From contig NW_024704742.1 in the NCBI RefSeq assembly GCF_018977255.1, positions 119,600,001 to 119,664,000 of the forward strand: a stretch of DNA of 64,000 bases. The letters are read 5' to 3'. Position numbers and translations under genes: made by a program. The first letter of the stretch is position 1. Each line of letters opens with the position of its first letter. Shown in pieces: positions 25,361 through 39,212 of the stretch. Under the pieces are notes generated by a model. It saw only the letters and a list, made by a program, of their open reading frames with translations, was not told where the DNA came from and did no database searches. The DNA is from Callorhinchus milii. Its lineage: Eukaryota.

Positions 25361-28300
25361 ATAATAAATGCTTAACTTATACAGAGAATGTGGTAACTTG
25401 GCAGAATCAAACACATGGAGATGTGGTAAAGGATGCTCTCGCCAATAGATCAGGCCAACTCATGTAATGCCTATACAATGCCATGACAAAAAAGCAGCTG
25501 AAAATGAAACACTTGTGACCATTTCAAAAACACTGATGTTCAAAAAACACCACAATTAGAACACGAAAAATGATTATGTTGCTTATAAGCACTCAGAGAC
25601 ACTGCCCCATGTGAAGGGCTCTATATAAACACAAGTAGTTATTGTTGTTATGAAATTGAATTGACTTGAATGAGCCACAAATTCAGAAGTGCCAATCGCA
25701 GTCTGCTGCCCAAACTATATTCCAATAAATCTTGCATTTTAGTTAATTCTATTTTTCTAATAAAATATAAATTTCAAAACCATACATGTATTATGCACAA
25801 CAACAACTTGCATTTATATAGCACTTTTCACACAGGATAGTGTCTTAAAATACCAATCACCATCCTTGCAGTACGACATTGTGCAAGATTGCAAAGGTTG
25901 CAGTTTATTCACCGGCCTATTACATTTCCTTACTGTGTGTACATCTGATTAACTTTACACATGGTAAGGAAATGCACAAAACGCATTTAGGTTAGAGGCG
26001 ATAACTCCTTAATATAATTCCACTGGATATGATTAGAGATTTATTTTTGAGATTGCACAGGTAAACATGTTACGATCATTGATTTTGTTCTCAAATGCAT
26101 TGCAACGGGAGGAGGGAGAGGAAGAGGTGAGAGCATGAAAACTCGATTATTAAGATTTTATAGCATCCCATTCAAAAATGTTACCCAAGGGATTTCTATC
26201 TTTTAAACTGCTCAAAGAACTTCCAATCACATCCATTAGTACTAATGGCTAAAAACAGCAAATTACTGCAAGTACCAATTATCACAACATGCAAGTTATG
26301 TTTTTTGCTCAGTCGTCCAAATCCCTCTTCTTCCTCCAGCCTATTTACAATTGTGGTTTAAAAATGTCAATTTTCCTACAGCACACTGCAAGTTTAGCAA
26401 TTTTTATGCATCTGTTTGTTGCGCTACTTACATCTGCACAAATGGGGCTGTTTGGATAACTCACAAGCATGATATATGAGAAATGATATTTATAACAACT
26501 CCCAGCAAGCTAATACAATTATTTATTATACACTAAATCATTTTGTGGTTTTAGGACATCACAAGTGTGGAAATGGGAAACAAATCCACATTTCCAAGAC
26601 ACACATTGTATAAATATTCACCTGCCGCAGTCTCAATTGCAAAAAATGCACAATATAGCAGTATTACATTTTGCGGCAGAGGATTGGATCACTGAAAACA
26701 CCTTAGAATTTGCTGGAAAGCAAATAATAATAATCCTTTCATTTGATTATAGCACCTAAAATCAGAATGTCTCCAATTATTATACAGTATATTTTTGGGG
26801 AAAAAAATGAACATTAACTTCTACTTATTTCTATTTTAATTTGTTCTGTTTTAGTGATAATTAGTAAGAACTCTCCCATTCATGAACATTTTCAGATGAT
26901 TAACCTCAGCCCTTCAACACATCAGATAAGCTTTATTGCACACATGAAGTGTGTGCCAGTGTAGTTGCAAACTCCATGCACCAAAACCTTTTACAATAAA
27001 TTATACTCTTCACACAGCAAATATACTGCATAATTGAAAGAAATCCAATTAAAAAATTCAGATGACACGACTCGCAATTGAACCTCCAGACATTTACATT
27101 TGTCACCTGGACTCAGGAACAGGACTTTTTTTTACATTTGTTGACAAGCCACTTGTATTATTAAGAGCCTTAAGACAATGTTAGATATTTGATTGTCTTC
27201 CTCAATTCGTCCTTCACATACAAGTGACCAGAACATTTACTCCCAGGACATTGAGAGACTGGGCAAATATTTTGACTCCTGCAGCAAAATGTCAGGAGCC
27301 ATTTGTTCTGGGACATTGCTCGGAGATCCATCTCCAGGTTCCCTGTCTGTTTAAAATCCCATGGCTTGCCTCAAGATAGGCTGGTGGATAAACTGCAAAC
27401 CTTTGCAATCTTGCAAAATGTTCTGCTGCAAGGATGGTGAATGGTGTCATTTTAGCATTTGTCGAATCTGCATTGTGTCTGCAGTAAGAAAAAGTATGAG
27501 ACCCCTTTATAAAAATAACAATCCTTACATTTGATACAACACTTTTCACATCGATGGGATGTCTCAAAGTGCTTCACAGGACACACCATCAAGTGTAGTG
27601 ACTGCACGTCATGGGCACATATGGCAGCCAATTTACATACAACAACTTGCATTTATATAGCGCCCTTCACATGGGGTAGTGTCCCGGAGTGCCCAACAAT
27701 GTCCCACTAACAGCCATGAAGTGAAAGACCAATTTTTACCTGGAAGAGTGTTGGTAAAGGGTTTTGGTGCACTGCAACTAATATGTCCACCAACACAGTG
27801 CTGTGAGGAGTCTTACCGACTTTATAAATGTATGCTCCCTGAATTACAGGGTTGCACTTCATTATGTTTCACTTCATTATAGTCACAAACTTTGGTTTCA
27901 ACCCTCTGAAGGCGAGTACTCCACAAGCAAGCTGTCAGTGCAAGAAAGTGACCAACCATGAGTATAAATACTACCTCCTGATAAATAGCAATTACGGGAA
28001 TAACAGGCTTCTGAGAAATCGCAGTGTGAAATTCACCTGTATTGGTGTTTTAACAGCATCTGTTAACGTGCTAAACTATGAGGTAAATAGTCAACAGCAA
28101 TAAAATAAAAGCCATCAAAAAGCTTGATCGTATAGTGCATTACTTCACCAATGCACAGGACGCATCAGAGAGAGGTTCACAATGATACTCAATAAAAAAG
28201 ATCTGAAAGAGAAAATAAGGCAATTCCCTACAAGGAACAGGGCAAAAGGAGAAATTGTAAGCTCCTCAATGACTTAGCACACAAGACACTGCCTGAAACA

Positions 28301-29959
28301 GTGCAAGGCTAAACTGACTAGTACATTTGCTGATTTCAGCCAGGGCAGTAGTAAGGACAGAAAAGAAACACTGAAATTAGATGCCACTTATTCACGCTGT
28401 GAGTGTAATGTAATAACTTTATATCTGCATATTGGATGAAGTGGCATTTTATTATTTTTGTGTGAGATGCTTTATTTGGATGCCACATGTTCCAACTTGC
28501 ACAACGTGAAGTGAATGTTACAGTGTTTAGAGGGATTTAAGAAATACGGGAATATATGAGGCAGACACCAACTTAATCTATTTTCAGGGTGGCGCATTCT
28601 TGAGTTGGTGTGATTTGCGGCCTATATGTCGGTTGCCTTTTTGATTCAGAAATACAGCAAAATTGACCTCCCCTTCCCCCGTTGTCTCTCACATTCAACA
28701 AATGCAAGTTCATAATGATCGAGTTGGAGGGGTTTGAACTGGCTCACTGTAACTGAAGTCCGAGGGTCGTTTGCTGCTTGCTCATGAATTCTTCACTCAT
28801 ATAGTCACTCACTGCCCTGCATGCAGTCCTGTCAAAGTTTGAGAGCTTACATGGCATGGAGAGAGGAAAATCAGATCGTCCAGTCAGCAAGAACATTCCA
28901 CTGCCAACTAAATAAGAGACGTTTGATTGCAAATCCTTCGTCCACACTCAAATGCAACATTGAATATGATACAACAGAAAGGTTTTACTGAATTGTATCA
29001 AACAATCAGTTTCATGGAATTGAAATAATTGAGAACCTTGGCACTTTCTCAGAAACTCTGGTGGTTTTGCATAATCCTGGTTGAGTGGTACATTGAGTGG
29101 CTCTTCCCCTACATTATCCATCAAATATTTTTTTATATATTAAGTGAACGGCAGAGAACTCCACAGAGCTACGCAGAACCATCTTTACTGTCAACATCAC
29201 AACACTACACATAAAAGCCACTCAGTCTGCTCTTCAAGATAGTCATTCTTCTGCCACACGCATATGAATGTCATTGCCAATTCTTTGCATGTTTGACTTG
29301 TGCAATTGTGCTTTGAATAGGCAAAGGAGCAGCTCAGGCTACAGCAATTTTCTATTAGCAACTCCAACCCAAAGTAAACTGCTACTGTCAATAGCTATAA
29401 ATATTTTATTGATCACGCATTTTGACTTGGGAAAAAGGGCTGGGAGGCACAAGCACACGGCTTGATATTTGAAGCAGCATTCCTGATTTGTCAGTCATCC
29501 ACAAGCACCAAATAGCTTTTCCTACAGACTGTTAGCAAGCACATCAAAAAATAATCGACCGGGTGCGAAGTGAACAATTTCATGTTAGTGTATAGGCCAC
29601 CTATAAACTGACACATTTACTCACATTTGACACCCCTATTTTTACCTACAAAATATAGTCAATTCACTTTATAGTATGTCCTGTGAAGCTCTTTGAGCCA
29701 TCTCAACAATGTGAAAATGGAGAGGTATTTTATACTGATGGAGAAGCTGGTCTTCTCTTCTTACTCAATACTTGCATCTGTATAAATCGTTTCAACCTCG
29801 GATACAAAACCATCACCTTCAATAAAGATATGTAGCGCCAATGCCACACAGTTTCCTGTGTATGGTATATGCAGAAGGAGATTTTATTTTTGACAATATT
29901 TCTCCCCTCCTCCGGAAAGAGTTTTGTTCCACGTGGGATAGATTAGATGACATGTAGAT

Positions 29960-30372
29960 TTCAGCCAGACTCAATTGTTAACCTTTTCACCTGTGTCAGA
30001 AGCTGTGAAATTCACACTTTGAATTCAAAGTCTAGGTTGAGAATCCAATGCAGTGCTGAGGGTGTCCTGCAATGTAAGAGACATTGTCTTTCTAATGAGA
30101 CATTAAACCGAGATCACATCTAACTGTTCAGGTGGATGTTAAAGATCTCATGGCCTACTCGAAAAGAGAAGGGAGTTTCTCGCAGTGTCCTGGCCATCAA
30201 CCCCACTGATAACATTGGACATACATTTTCTGGCTGTTTGTCGGATACTGCGGTGCACAAATTGGCTGCCGGGTTCGGCTACAAAATACGCAGTCAATAC
30301 ATTTTAAAATAAATCCTGTAAAGTCCTGTAATATATAGGCATTACATCAAATGTATGGATTATTGTTATTAT
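29960..30372 (+). mobile_element. Old, near-full-length Deu-domain SINE
   Basis: GTCTTTCTAATGAGACATTAAACCGAG...TTCAGGTGGATGTTAAAGATCTCATGGC...GTGTCCTGGCC core and family tail. Confidence 0.8.
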
Positions 30373-30789
30373 TCTATGTGCCCCAATTGCCCTGTGGTAC
30401 TTTGTTCAAGCATCTGTTATTCATGAGTGAGCATCAATAGCGAGTGCTGGCAGGCTATTTGACCACAAGAGGTGGGCTACCACAACCGAGTCAGATTCCC
30501 ACCTCACCAATATTTACATGCACCTTCCAGCAGAAATCACTTGATATACAGTATCAATCACAGTCACATAAAAATACTAAAGCTGCAGTGCCCCACGATT
30601 GCATCCACAATATGTTTGAAAAATTATAATTGGAAGAAGTTAATTGATAATGTCAAATGTGATGCATATTTAAGAATCTTAAGAGTTTGTACTGGAAATA
30701 GAGATCATAATATTTATGAGATGTAAGCAGCAGACCTGGCTCACCTTTAACTCAGACTGTATAAGTAGGTACTGACAATGAAGACTGAG

Positions 30790-31650
30790 ACCACACAGAC
30801 GAACACAGACAAACACACACACACACACACCACACATATATGCACAAAAATGACGCACAAAAACACGATACACAAACAAAGACACATAAACAAACAAACA
30901 AACCAAAATGACACATAAACAACTTGCATTTATATAGTGCCATTCACACAAGGTAGGGTCTCGTGGCACTTAACAGCAGCAGAGCTCGACTCTGAGCTGG
31001 GGGGAGAGGAGAAGTGACCGTAGGCACTGTTGAAGAGGAAGGTCTTCGCGTGTAAGGAGGAGGCAGAGGAATTGAGGCAGAGGGTTCCAGAATTTCATGG
31101 GCATAGTGGCAGAAATCACGGCCACAGATGGTGGAGTGGAGAGTGCTGGAGCCAGCTCAGCAAAGGGGATGGATGGAGGAGTGGGGTGCAAGTACACACA
31201 CAAAAAAACTGCACACACACGCGCGCGCACACAAACCCACGCACACGCACACAAACCTACGCGCGCGTGCACACACACACGCACGCATGCAAAGCCACAC
31301 ACACAAAGCCGCACACACCCGCACACACACGCGCACACAAACCTACACACACGCACACAAACCCACACACACGCACACAAAACGACACACACACACAAAA
31401 CGACACACACACACAAAACGACACACACACACACAAAACGACACACACACAAAACGACAACAACAATTTTTTTTACATTTGTAAAATGGCACACACAAAA
31501 CACACACAACACACACATGAGCGTACACAAATGATACACGCGTACACATACCCAAACATCACACACAAACATGCGCAGACACAAACGACACACACAAAAA
31601 TGATACACGTGCACACATACACACATATAGCTAACCACACACACGAGATC
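30790..31650. repeat. CA-rich simple/minisatellite block, including about 18-bp ACACAAAACGACACACAC units, interrupted by an L2 3' fragment (about 30918-31190, minus strand)
   Basis: Direct reading of the repeats; AACAACTTGCATTTATATAGTGCC tail and GAGGGTTCCAGAATTTCATGGG L2 segment in the middle. Confidence 0.9.
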
Positions 31651-32449
31651 ACACCAAGTTACTATATAACTGAATAAACTATAACCGGGGATAAAATTGT
31701 AAACATTTGTTTTAACGTGACTACTTAACAATACACAACTAAGCAACACAAAGAGAAGGGTACCGCTTAAATTGAACAGTTTAAAAATTCTGAAGTGGGT
31801 AATGCAACGTTCAAGTGACAGTAATCCACACTTTAACAAAACAAAGATTGACTGGAATAAAAGAGCCACTGTTTTCACCTCACAGCAGAGACACTGTAGA
31901 ATTAACTAACAGAATGTCTTCTGCTTGGACAAATATTTAGTACCTTTTGCCCGAACTGCAGTTAAACTTTCTAAAATTACAAAGGAGGAGGTAACACCTA
32001 TAACAACCTTGAACCTCAATTTCTGACTCCAAAAATCTGGTGAACCTGAATGTAAAAAACAACTTCCCATTGACCAAACAATAAATATGCCCGCTATATT
32101 ATTATTCTTTTAGGTTTGAAACTTTTATCACAAAGAACTTAGTAGTGCGTGCATGGAGAAGTACATCGAGGAAACCATTCTCTACCTCACGACTAATGCA
32201 GTGCGACTGCTTGTAACTTAATTCAATTAAGCTCTCGTTAAAACCTACACCATGTCAGGGTGTTATTTGGTGACACTATTTACAATCTCACGTTATTTAA
32301 TAACATCAGCTTTTCCAGCACCATGAACAGCAACTGGAACTCAGATGTTTGTGAATGATCTCCTTAAATAACCCAAAGGAGTCAAATAAAAATAAATCAT
32401 TCAGACAGGGAAATACTGCCTCACCTTAATGGCAGAGGACGCTGCTTAC

Positions 32450-32488
32450 CTGGAGCCCTCGGCGCCTGAGTATGCTAGACTCATCCAT
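32450..32488 (-). CDS. MAST4: Internal alternative first coding exon of MAST-family kinase: MDESSILRRRGLQ (in-frame upstream ATGs at 32500 and 32530)
   Basis: Minus strand ATGGATGAGTCTAGCATACTCAGGCGCCGAGGGCTCCAG|gtaagc, phase-0 donor; the peptide matches the recalled N-terminus of short MAST4 isoforms (MAST3 has MDESSLLRRRGLQ). Confidence 0.85.
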
Positions 32489-33000
32489 GCTACTCTTCAT
32501 TTTCTCCCTCTTCTCCCACTGTATGGCCATGCTGCAGTGCCAGAGATCTTACCATGCTAATTCAGATCCTTGCAGCTGCTAAACACTTACATCACAGCAA
32601 GTCCAATTGGAGAGTGAGCGTCAGCTGACTCTCTCTAGTTCTTCACTCCAGTAACTTCAGGAGATCATGAATGCTGCTGTGCAAAGCAGCAAGTGAGCTC
32701 CAATACCACCAGACACACACGCGGAAATACAGACACACACACACACACACCGTTACCACAACAAAGGTGCTTTAACAAAGCAATTAAAACAAAAAAAATG
32801 CAATCCATGTTAAACTCCAGTTACGCTACAACAGTTTCTTCCCTCATGATAAGTGCACTCTAAGGTCAAACACTAAAGTAAATGAGTGGTGACGTCTCTG
32901 TGAGGATGGCAGCTGGATTTGTCAGAGAGAAACTGAGGTGCAGCTGGTCAGCCGTACACAAAAGCTGTTCCGAGCTCTCTGCTTCCCAGTGACTTCAAAA
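32489..33000 (-). promoter_or_regulatory. Probable 5' UTR and internal promoter of the short MAST isoform
   Basis: Lies directly upstream of the alternative first exon in a roughly 2-kb block with no recognisable transposon; CCAATTGG, CAGCTG and TGACGTCT motifs and a (CA)n tract; the transcription start cannot be determined. Confidence 0.4.
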
Positions 33001-36000
33001 CCTCAGAAACCCTGCAAAGTGAGTAGACAGGTTTGACAGTGGATGGCATTGCTCCAGTGTATGCTGGCATTTACCCAAAATGCTGAAATCAATTCATTTC
33101 CATAAATATACTTCTTGGGAACAATTTTCAGCTTTACTGTACTCTGTATGAAGGATCATTTTGCACTGACTACATCGCTACATAACCACAAACTGGTAAG
33201 GATCCTGGATGTAAGTTTTTGTGAAAAAAAGATATTTACCTTACATTAGCAGCAGAACGCAAATGTAGTCATCTTGTGCAATTTTTCCATCAATCAACTT
33301 CTTTTGCTTGGGTCTTTGATATCTTTACACTTAATGAACCCCACAGAGGTGAATACGAACCATTCTAATTAAACATGCTTTGAGCTTGAACACACGTTCA
33401 TTTTTGTTATGAAATTGAATATCCAACAGCAAAAAAAAAGCCCCAAATCACATGAACACTTTTGAAATGCTTACTTTGGCTGGCAGATTCATTAATCAAA
33501 GTCCACATTGAAATGATGTTTCATCGGGACTTCAAAGAGCCAGAGTGCTGGTGCATAATCATGCTAGTTATTAAAAAGATGAATTCTGTATATTTCAATC
33601 TGATGATTAGTTGCGATCGCTGAAGGGTTGCATTTCAGACAAGAAACTTTCTATCGACGTGTCTAGAAAATGTTTCAAAGGTTTAAAATTATTTTCCGTT
33701 TAGAAATTATTGCTCAGCCTCATTGCATTATGCTAGCTTCACATGCAAGGCAATAACGATTTGGTCTATCTTACCAATGATNAAAAATAACTACTTAAGC
33801 AGGCACTGGACAGCTTGGAAAGGTGGTCCAGATAATAAGGTAGATTTTAAAAGCAATTGATAAATTTAAAAACAATTGCTGTACGCAGTTGGCTGACATG
33901 TTTCGCCCACAAAATGTGCAGTCAATTCACTTTGCAGTATATTCTGTGAAGCGCTTTCAGATGTCTCAACGATGTGATAAGGCACAACATCAATTGCAAG
34001 GATTATTATTATTTAAATTGAAATGCCCTTCTCTTTCCTGACTCGCCCAAAACAGAGCAGCAGTGTTCAGTTTGAACACAACTATCCCCACTGCAGAACG
34101 GATTCTTGAAAACATACCAACTGTTAAGATAGTCAGTGAGCTCCAGAAAAAAAGGTTCTTACACCCATAACAGCCTTTGTGTCCCCAGATGAAGGTACAA
34201 GTGCTCCATCTGCTGGCTCATTTTATGCTATCATTCAGTTTCCAGATATTCTGGTAAATGGGAGAAGCACAATTGTTCATTACATTGGACTTGCATCAAT
34301 AATGGTGATTTGGTCCAATGTTAAGTGGCAGTATAGCATTATCATCTCATTCACATATCGATAATCTTTCAAAACCAAATATCTCCCTTCCAAGGCCATC
34401 AAAATGTGCGCAAGAGTAGCTTGAGGAAGCTTCTGCATTCTTGTACACAAAGATCTATGCCCCTCACACATACATTTTCAACATGTTACATCAACACAAA
34501 GGCGTTCTTCACACATGGCATTATATTAAAGATATATATTAAAGATAATCAGCGGTTCTTTTCTGGGTTTAAAATTTCTTTTAAAAAAAGTCGGCATCGA
34601 CCGCAATACAACTGCCACAAAAGATCTCAACACCAATTCTTCTGAAGTTCACACATTTGTTCCATCATCTTTGAGTACCACCCCAGCAACCTGTCAGTCA
34701 TTCCTCTCATCTATCAAGACTAGTCTCACCTTTCACACAAACAAACAATACCCATTCCATAGGGAATATAGGCCTCTCTGACTCGATAACCTGCTGCTGT
34801 TTTGACTGACACTGTACACATGAGAGCTGTCAGAGGTGAAAGCATAGTAAGTTCCTCAACTTTGCCTTACTCTGTGATACTAATCCTAACCTATCTTCTT
34901 GCACTTATTTACCCATTTGGATTTATTGTTTCCATTTCTCTCAAAACTTAACCAGATCCGTTTCCACTTCTGCCTAGCATCCAAACTCAATCACCAAGAA
35001 CAACTCCCAAATGTTACATACCCATTCTTACAAACTGTAATTCAAGGTAAAATGCTTGGTTTGTATTGATGTGAATTTAATTGATCCCACCCAGGGCAGC
35101 TAGATACACTGTACATGGCCTGAAAACCCCTAGCTTAGGAAGGGAATAATCAGAAGGAGTTTTTAGGCAAGTCAGAAGGTGGGAGAAACCTGGTGGCAAA
35201 AATTTGGTGGAATAAAAGTACAAACCTTTAGGTTCAGAACCTCAAGGACAACTATACCGTCATAACATTCTGTGCAAATATTATTGCTCGATTATGCATT
35301 TCAAATTTGTATAGTGGGTCAAAGTCTTAATGACGAATGTTTGCATTTTCATTTTTGTTTAGACAGGAGCAAGATTGATCTCGGATTTGGGCTACCAGAA
35401 CTCAATTATATAACCTGGCTTAACTCGAGAAGCAAACTAACACAGACTTGAAGCACTTACAAATACAATAAGAGAAAATATGGGAGCAGGGAATGGAAGA
35501 GAGTGGGAGAGAGGATAAGGAGACTTGGGTAGAATTTAGACACAAGCACAGACTAGTTGGGTTGAATGGCCCGTTTCGATGCAGCAACAGTCTTAATTCT
35601 ATGAAATAACTCAACTATATCTCTTTAATAATGTCCACAGTTGGTATAGAACAGTTACCGCCATCCTCAAAGCATCAAAATGAATGTAGCAATGAACACC
35701 TAGTTGATGGGGTGCCGCTGTTCCTTCTTAGAGTCAGAATACTGAAGCCTCATCCGCTTGTAATCTCATTGAGTTCCTGATTGTAGCTGGTTAGACTCCA
35801 GCAGTGACCCCAAAACAAACTCTAGGGTCCTCAAGCCTTGGCTCTTGCCAACATGTGCCTAATACATTCCAGAATTAGGTAAGAAGGAATCATTCCTCGA
35901 GGGAGAGAGTGCATATTCCATTCCGACAATCTATCTTTGGGATTTCATGTGTAGGTGGGATGCGTGGAATTCTCAGTGGATTCGGATACTCTTAAGCACG

Positions 36001-38289
36001 ATGATCTGGTTGACACCCCCCCACCCCAAAAAACCCTTGCCAAGATATGCTTGCTCACAAGGTAAGGGGTGATTTTGAAATTCAAGATCTTTATAAAACT
36101 GAAATAAATTACTTGTATTTGATACAGTACCTTATCATGTCCGCAAAATTTCTCAAAGTGCTTCAGACGATTTACTGCAAAGTGGCCTCTATTTATGGGG
36201 CAATATGCTCTTAAATTCAAGCATTTTTTTCTATACTCTGACCTTACCTTTACTCTGTGTGCACACATCTGCACCTGAAGTCATGTTCTAAATCTAAATG
36301 TAAAGCACGATCTCTCTTTTATTAGCACTGTAAAGAAATCCAATAGTAATGTGCATGAAAAACAGCGAAGGGCACGAGTTGCCATAATATAAAAGTGAAT
36401 TTCAGACTTTAACAAACTTTGAAATCAAGATTATCACAATCACATCTTCAAATGTACCATGAAAGTATTGATTTGTTGTCAGCTCCCATCACTTTGAGCA
36501 ATGACCCACTTAAAGGTTAAAGAAATCACAAATGCTTGAGGAAAGATGCAAAAGAATCTTAAAAATAATGGGAGTAGGAAAGACTTCACAGGTGGTGGTG
36601 ATGATGGGAAGGAGGGGGATATGGAAAGGAATTGCCCAGGCATTGTAATTGTAAGAGAACTGTTACTGGTATAGAATATTGAACCCAGAAATGTTTAAAG
36701 GGAAACGTCACTGGGGATGAGAAAATTCCTTTTAAAATTGTCTAATACAGCTCATTCCCAAGAGAAACTGCAAGAGCCATAAAACACAGTGATTTCAAAC
36801 TAGATTTTTTTTTAATAAGGGCTCCAAGTGACAAATGCCAATTTCTTTCTGTAATCTAAAGTACATAGGGCAAACCCAAGGGAACTCAATTCAATCTACT
36901 TTTGGAGCAATTTCCCATGGGTCTGCATGACGTTCTTCCAGTTACCACCACTTACTACTCAAGAATCCTTAAAAGTTCCATTTGAAAATGCCACTGTATT
37001 TGTTTAAGCCTAAAGGCAGGCTCATGGACACCCAAAGCAGCAGTTTCCACACTGAGAAAACATCTGCTCAGGTGGCTCAGCAAATGAGGACGTCAGCCAT
37101 GGGACACAACACAAATGAAAATCTCAGCAGTGGCCAGATGCTGAGATTTGGAATTGCATCCAAGAACATGTTGTGTATAATAATAGTTCAAGACCAATCT
37201 GTCAGAATGATAACCTAGACAGGTTTCTCCAGGCAGGGAGATCCCAGCATGGTGGCTCTTCACAAAGTGACTTTGGTCTTGGATAAATCCAAATATCTCC
37301 TCTCATGGAGTAATAGATTAGTTTTTTTTTAAAAAAGTGTATTTAAGGGAAATGCACTTTTTTCTCTCTTACACACTAAGTTTCTTTTTAAATCGTGATA
37401 ATTAACAATCATTACCTTTTTTTAAAAAAATATTCTCACCAATAAAATATCCTTTTTTTGGTGAAAGTTAATCGGTTAAAAAAAACACCTAATTTTTCAC
37501 CACACTTTCTCGGGGGTTGGTGGGGGGGGGGGTTGTTGAGGTGTTAAATGTTTCCCCATTGTTTAAAAGAAAACAGATGCCAACACCCCACCTGAAAAAT
37601 GACTATATTTTTATTTTGTAATTGTAATTAAACAAGTCTTTAATGATGATGCTGCATACATTTTGCGGTTAGACATTATTGTTTTAAATTTTTTTAAAAA
37701 AGAGCTTAATAGTGTATCCGAGCTTTTATGTAGTTTGATTGTTTCTTTAACCTCATGTGGAAAAATGATGCATCTGCTCCTCTTGATATGCTTATGTGTC
37801 AGTCACAATTTAATTGGGTATTAGCATTTTATGATCAGGAACAGAAGTTACAAAAAAATGAATTTTTAAAAATTAATCTGTCAAGAGGTCTAAGCCATTT
37901 GGGTAAACAAACAAATTTACAGTTGTGCTGGTTTAAAGCAGCAATTAATACAGAACAGATGCTCAAATTTAGACAGCCTTTAAATCACACTGAACTAGGT
38001 CATTATTATTCAAATTGTTAGCTAGATCTATTCAACCAAATAGAATACAGTCGACACAATGGCTATTTCCTCAATCAGTAGTATGATTTCCCTTTGTGTC
38101 ACTTTTAATGTGCCTGCTGCATGAAAATAAACTCCTCAATAAATCAGGAAGTCAACCTCAATGGCACCTTGCTCCAAAATGAAGGTTTCCTCAGCAAATA
38201 AATCAAGGTAACCCAAATGGTTAAAACACATGAAATTTTTACTCTGGGTTCAAGCAGATGAACCTCAAATAGTCTTTTCCTAGCTTGTA

Positions 38290-38406
38290 CAGGGTGACCA
38301 AAAAGTCATGATAACTACCCTATTATCTAATACAACACAAAAATATCATCAGTTCTTTAAGTCTTATTAGACACTGTAATGGTATCACGATTTTTTTGGT
38401 CACCCG
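38290..38406. mobile_element. Tc1/mariner-type MITE, copy 1
   Basis: TA|CAGGGTGACCAAAAAGTC...GATTTTTTTGGTCACCCG|TA terminal inverted repeats with TA flanks. Confidence 0.85.
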
Positions 38407-38904
38407 TATATATCTTATATATAAGATATATCCGCCGCATAACTTACAGGAAGAACGCACTATTTCAGACTAGTGTAAAAGGGGTAGACTGGGGCAAAAC
38501 CAGAGAAACCCCAGAGACAGTATGCTAAATACAAGATATTACAATAGTTTAAAATAATAATGGCTGAATTACATGGTGAGACAAAAGATTGCAGGAAAAC
38601 ATAGTGATTAAAAAGAGCCCAACCTTTTGAAAACAAACCATGGAATTGCTAATCAGCCCATCAAACCCACTCCCATATCAAATCACACTAAACCCACCCA
38701 ACCATGGATTCTATCCCTAATCTCCAATGTTTCATCCCATAATATTCAACCTTGGGCTGTTTACTTTCACCGACAGAGAATATTGTCTATGTAATGAAGA
38801 AGCTCAGATTTGAAGACATGGGGGAATGGAAGAATATTGTACAATTTATTGTTGATTAACTTTAAGATTTAAGTCATCTCACAAGAGCTCTGTCACAGCA
38901 GATG

Positions 38905-39212
38905 GAAGGCACATAGTGACATCCTTTGGGTGAAACATTAAACTGAGGCCCAGCTACCTGTTCAGGTGGACGTTAATCAACACATGGCGCTATTCAAAAA
39001 GAGAAGGGAGTATATCCCAGTGTCCTGGCCAATAATCCACCAAATAAAATTGTTCATTAACTTCATTACTGTTTATGGGACATTGTTGTGTGCAAAAATT
39101 GACTGCTGTGTTCTCCCAAAAAACACACGGTCACTACACTTTACAGTAAATCTTGTGAACACTTTGGGATTCCTCCCGACAAGGAAGGCACTATACCAAA
39201 TGCAAGTTTTTT
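38905..39212 (+). mobile_element. Old Deu-domain SINE
   Basis: CCTTTGGGTGAAACATTAAACTGAGGCCC...TTCAGGTGGACGTTAATC...GTGTCCTGGCCAATA core and tail. Confidence 0.78.

Noticed and set aside
28744..28947. Minus-strand ORF ending near donor-like GTGAG motifs, a possible extra MAST first exon
   Set aside because: No recognisable similarity to MAST isoforms; the motifs alone are insufficient without RNA-seq
30679..31878. Long ORFs (302, 215 and 145 aa) rich in C/V or H/T
   Set aside because: Translations of CA/TG simple repeats; open in several frames on both strands
1..32449. Search for the next MAST exon (KELSLPRRG...)
   Set aside because: No match found by eye; it probably lies left of the window, but a roughly 32-nt exon could have been missed
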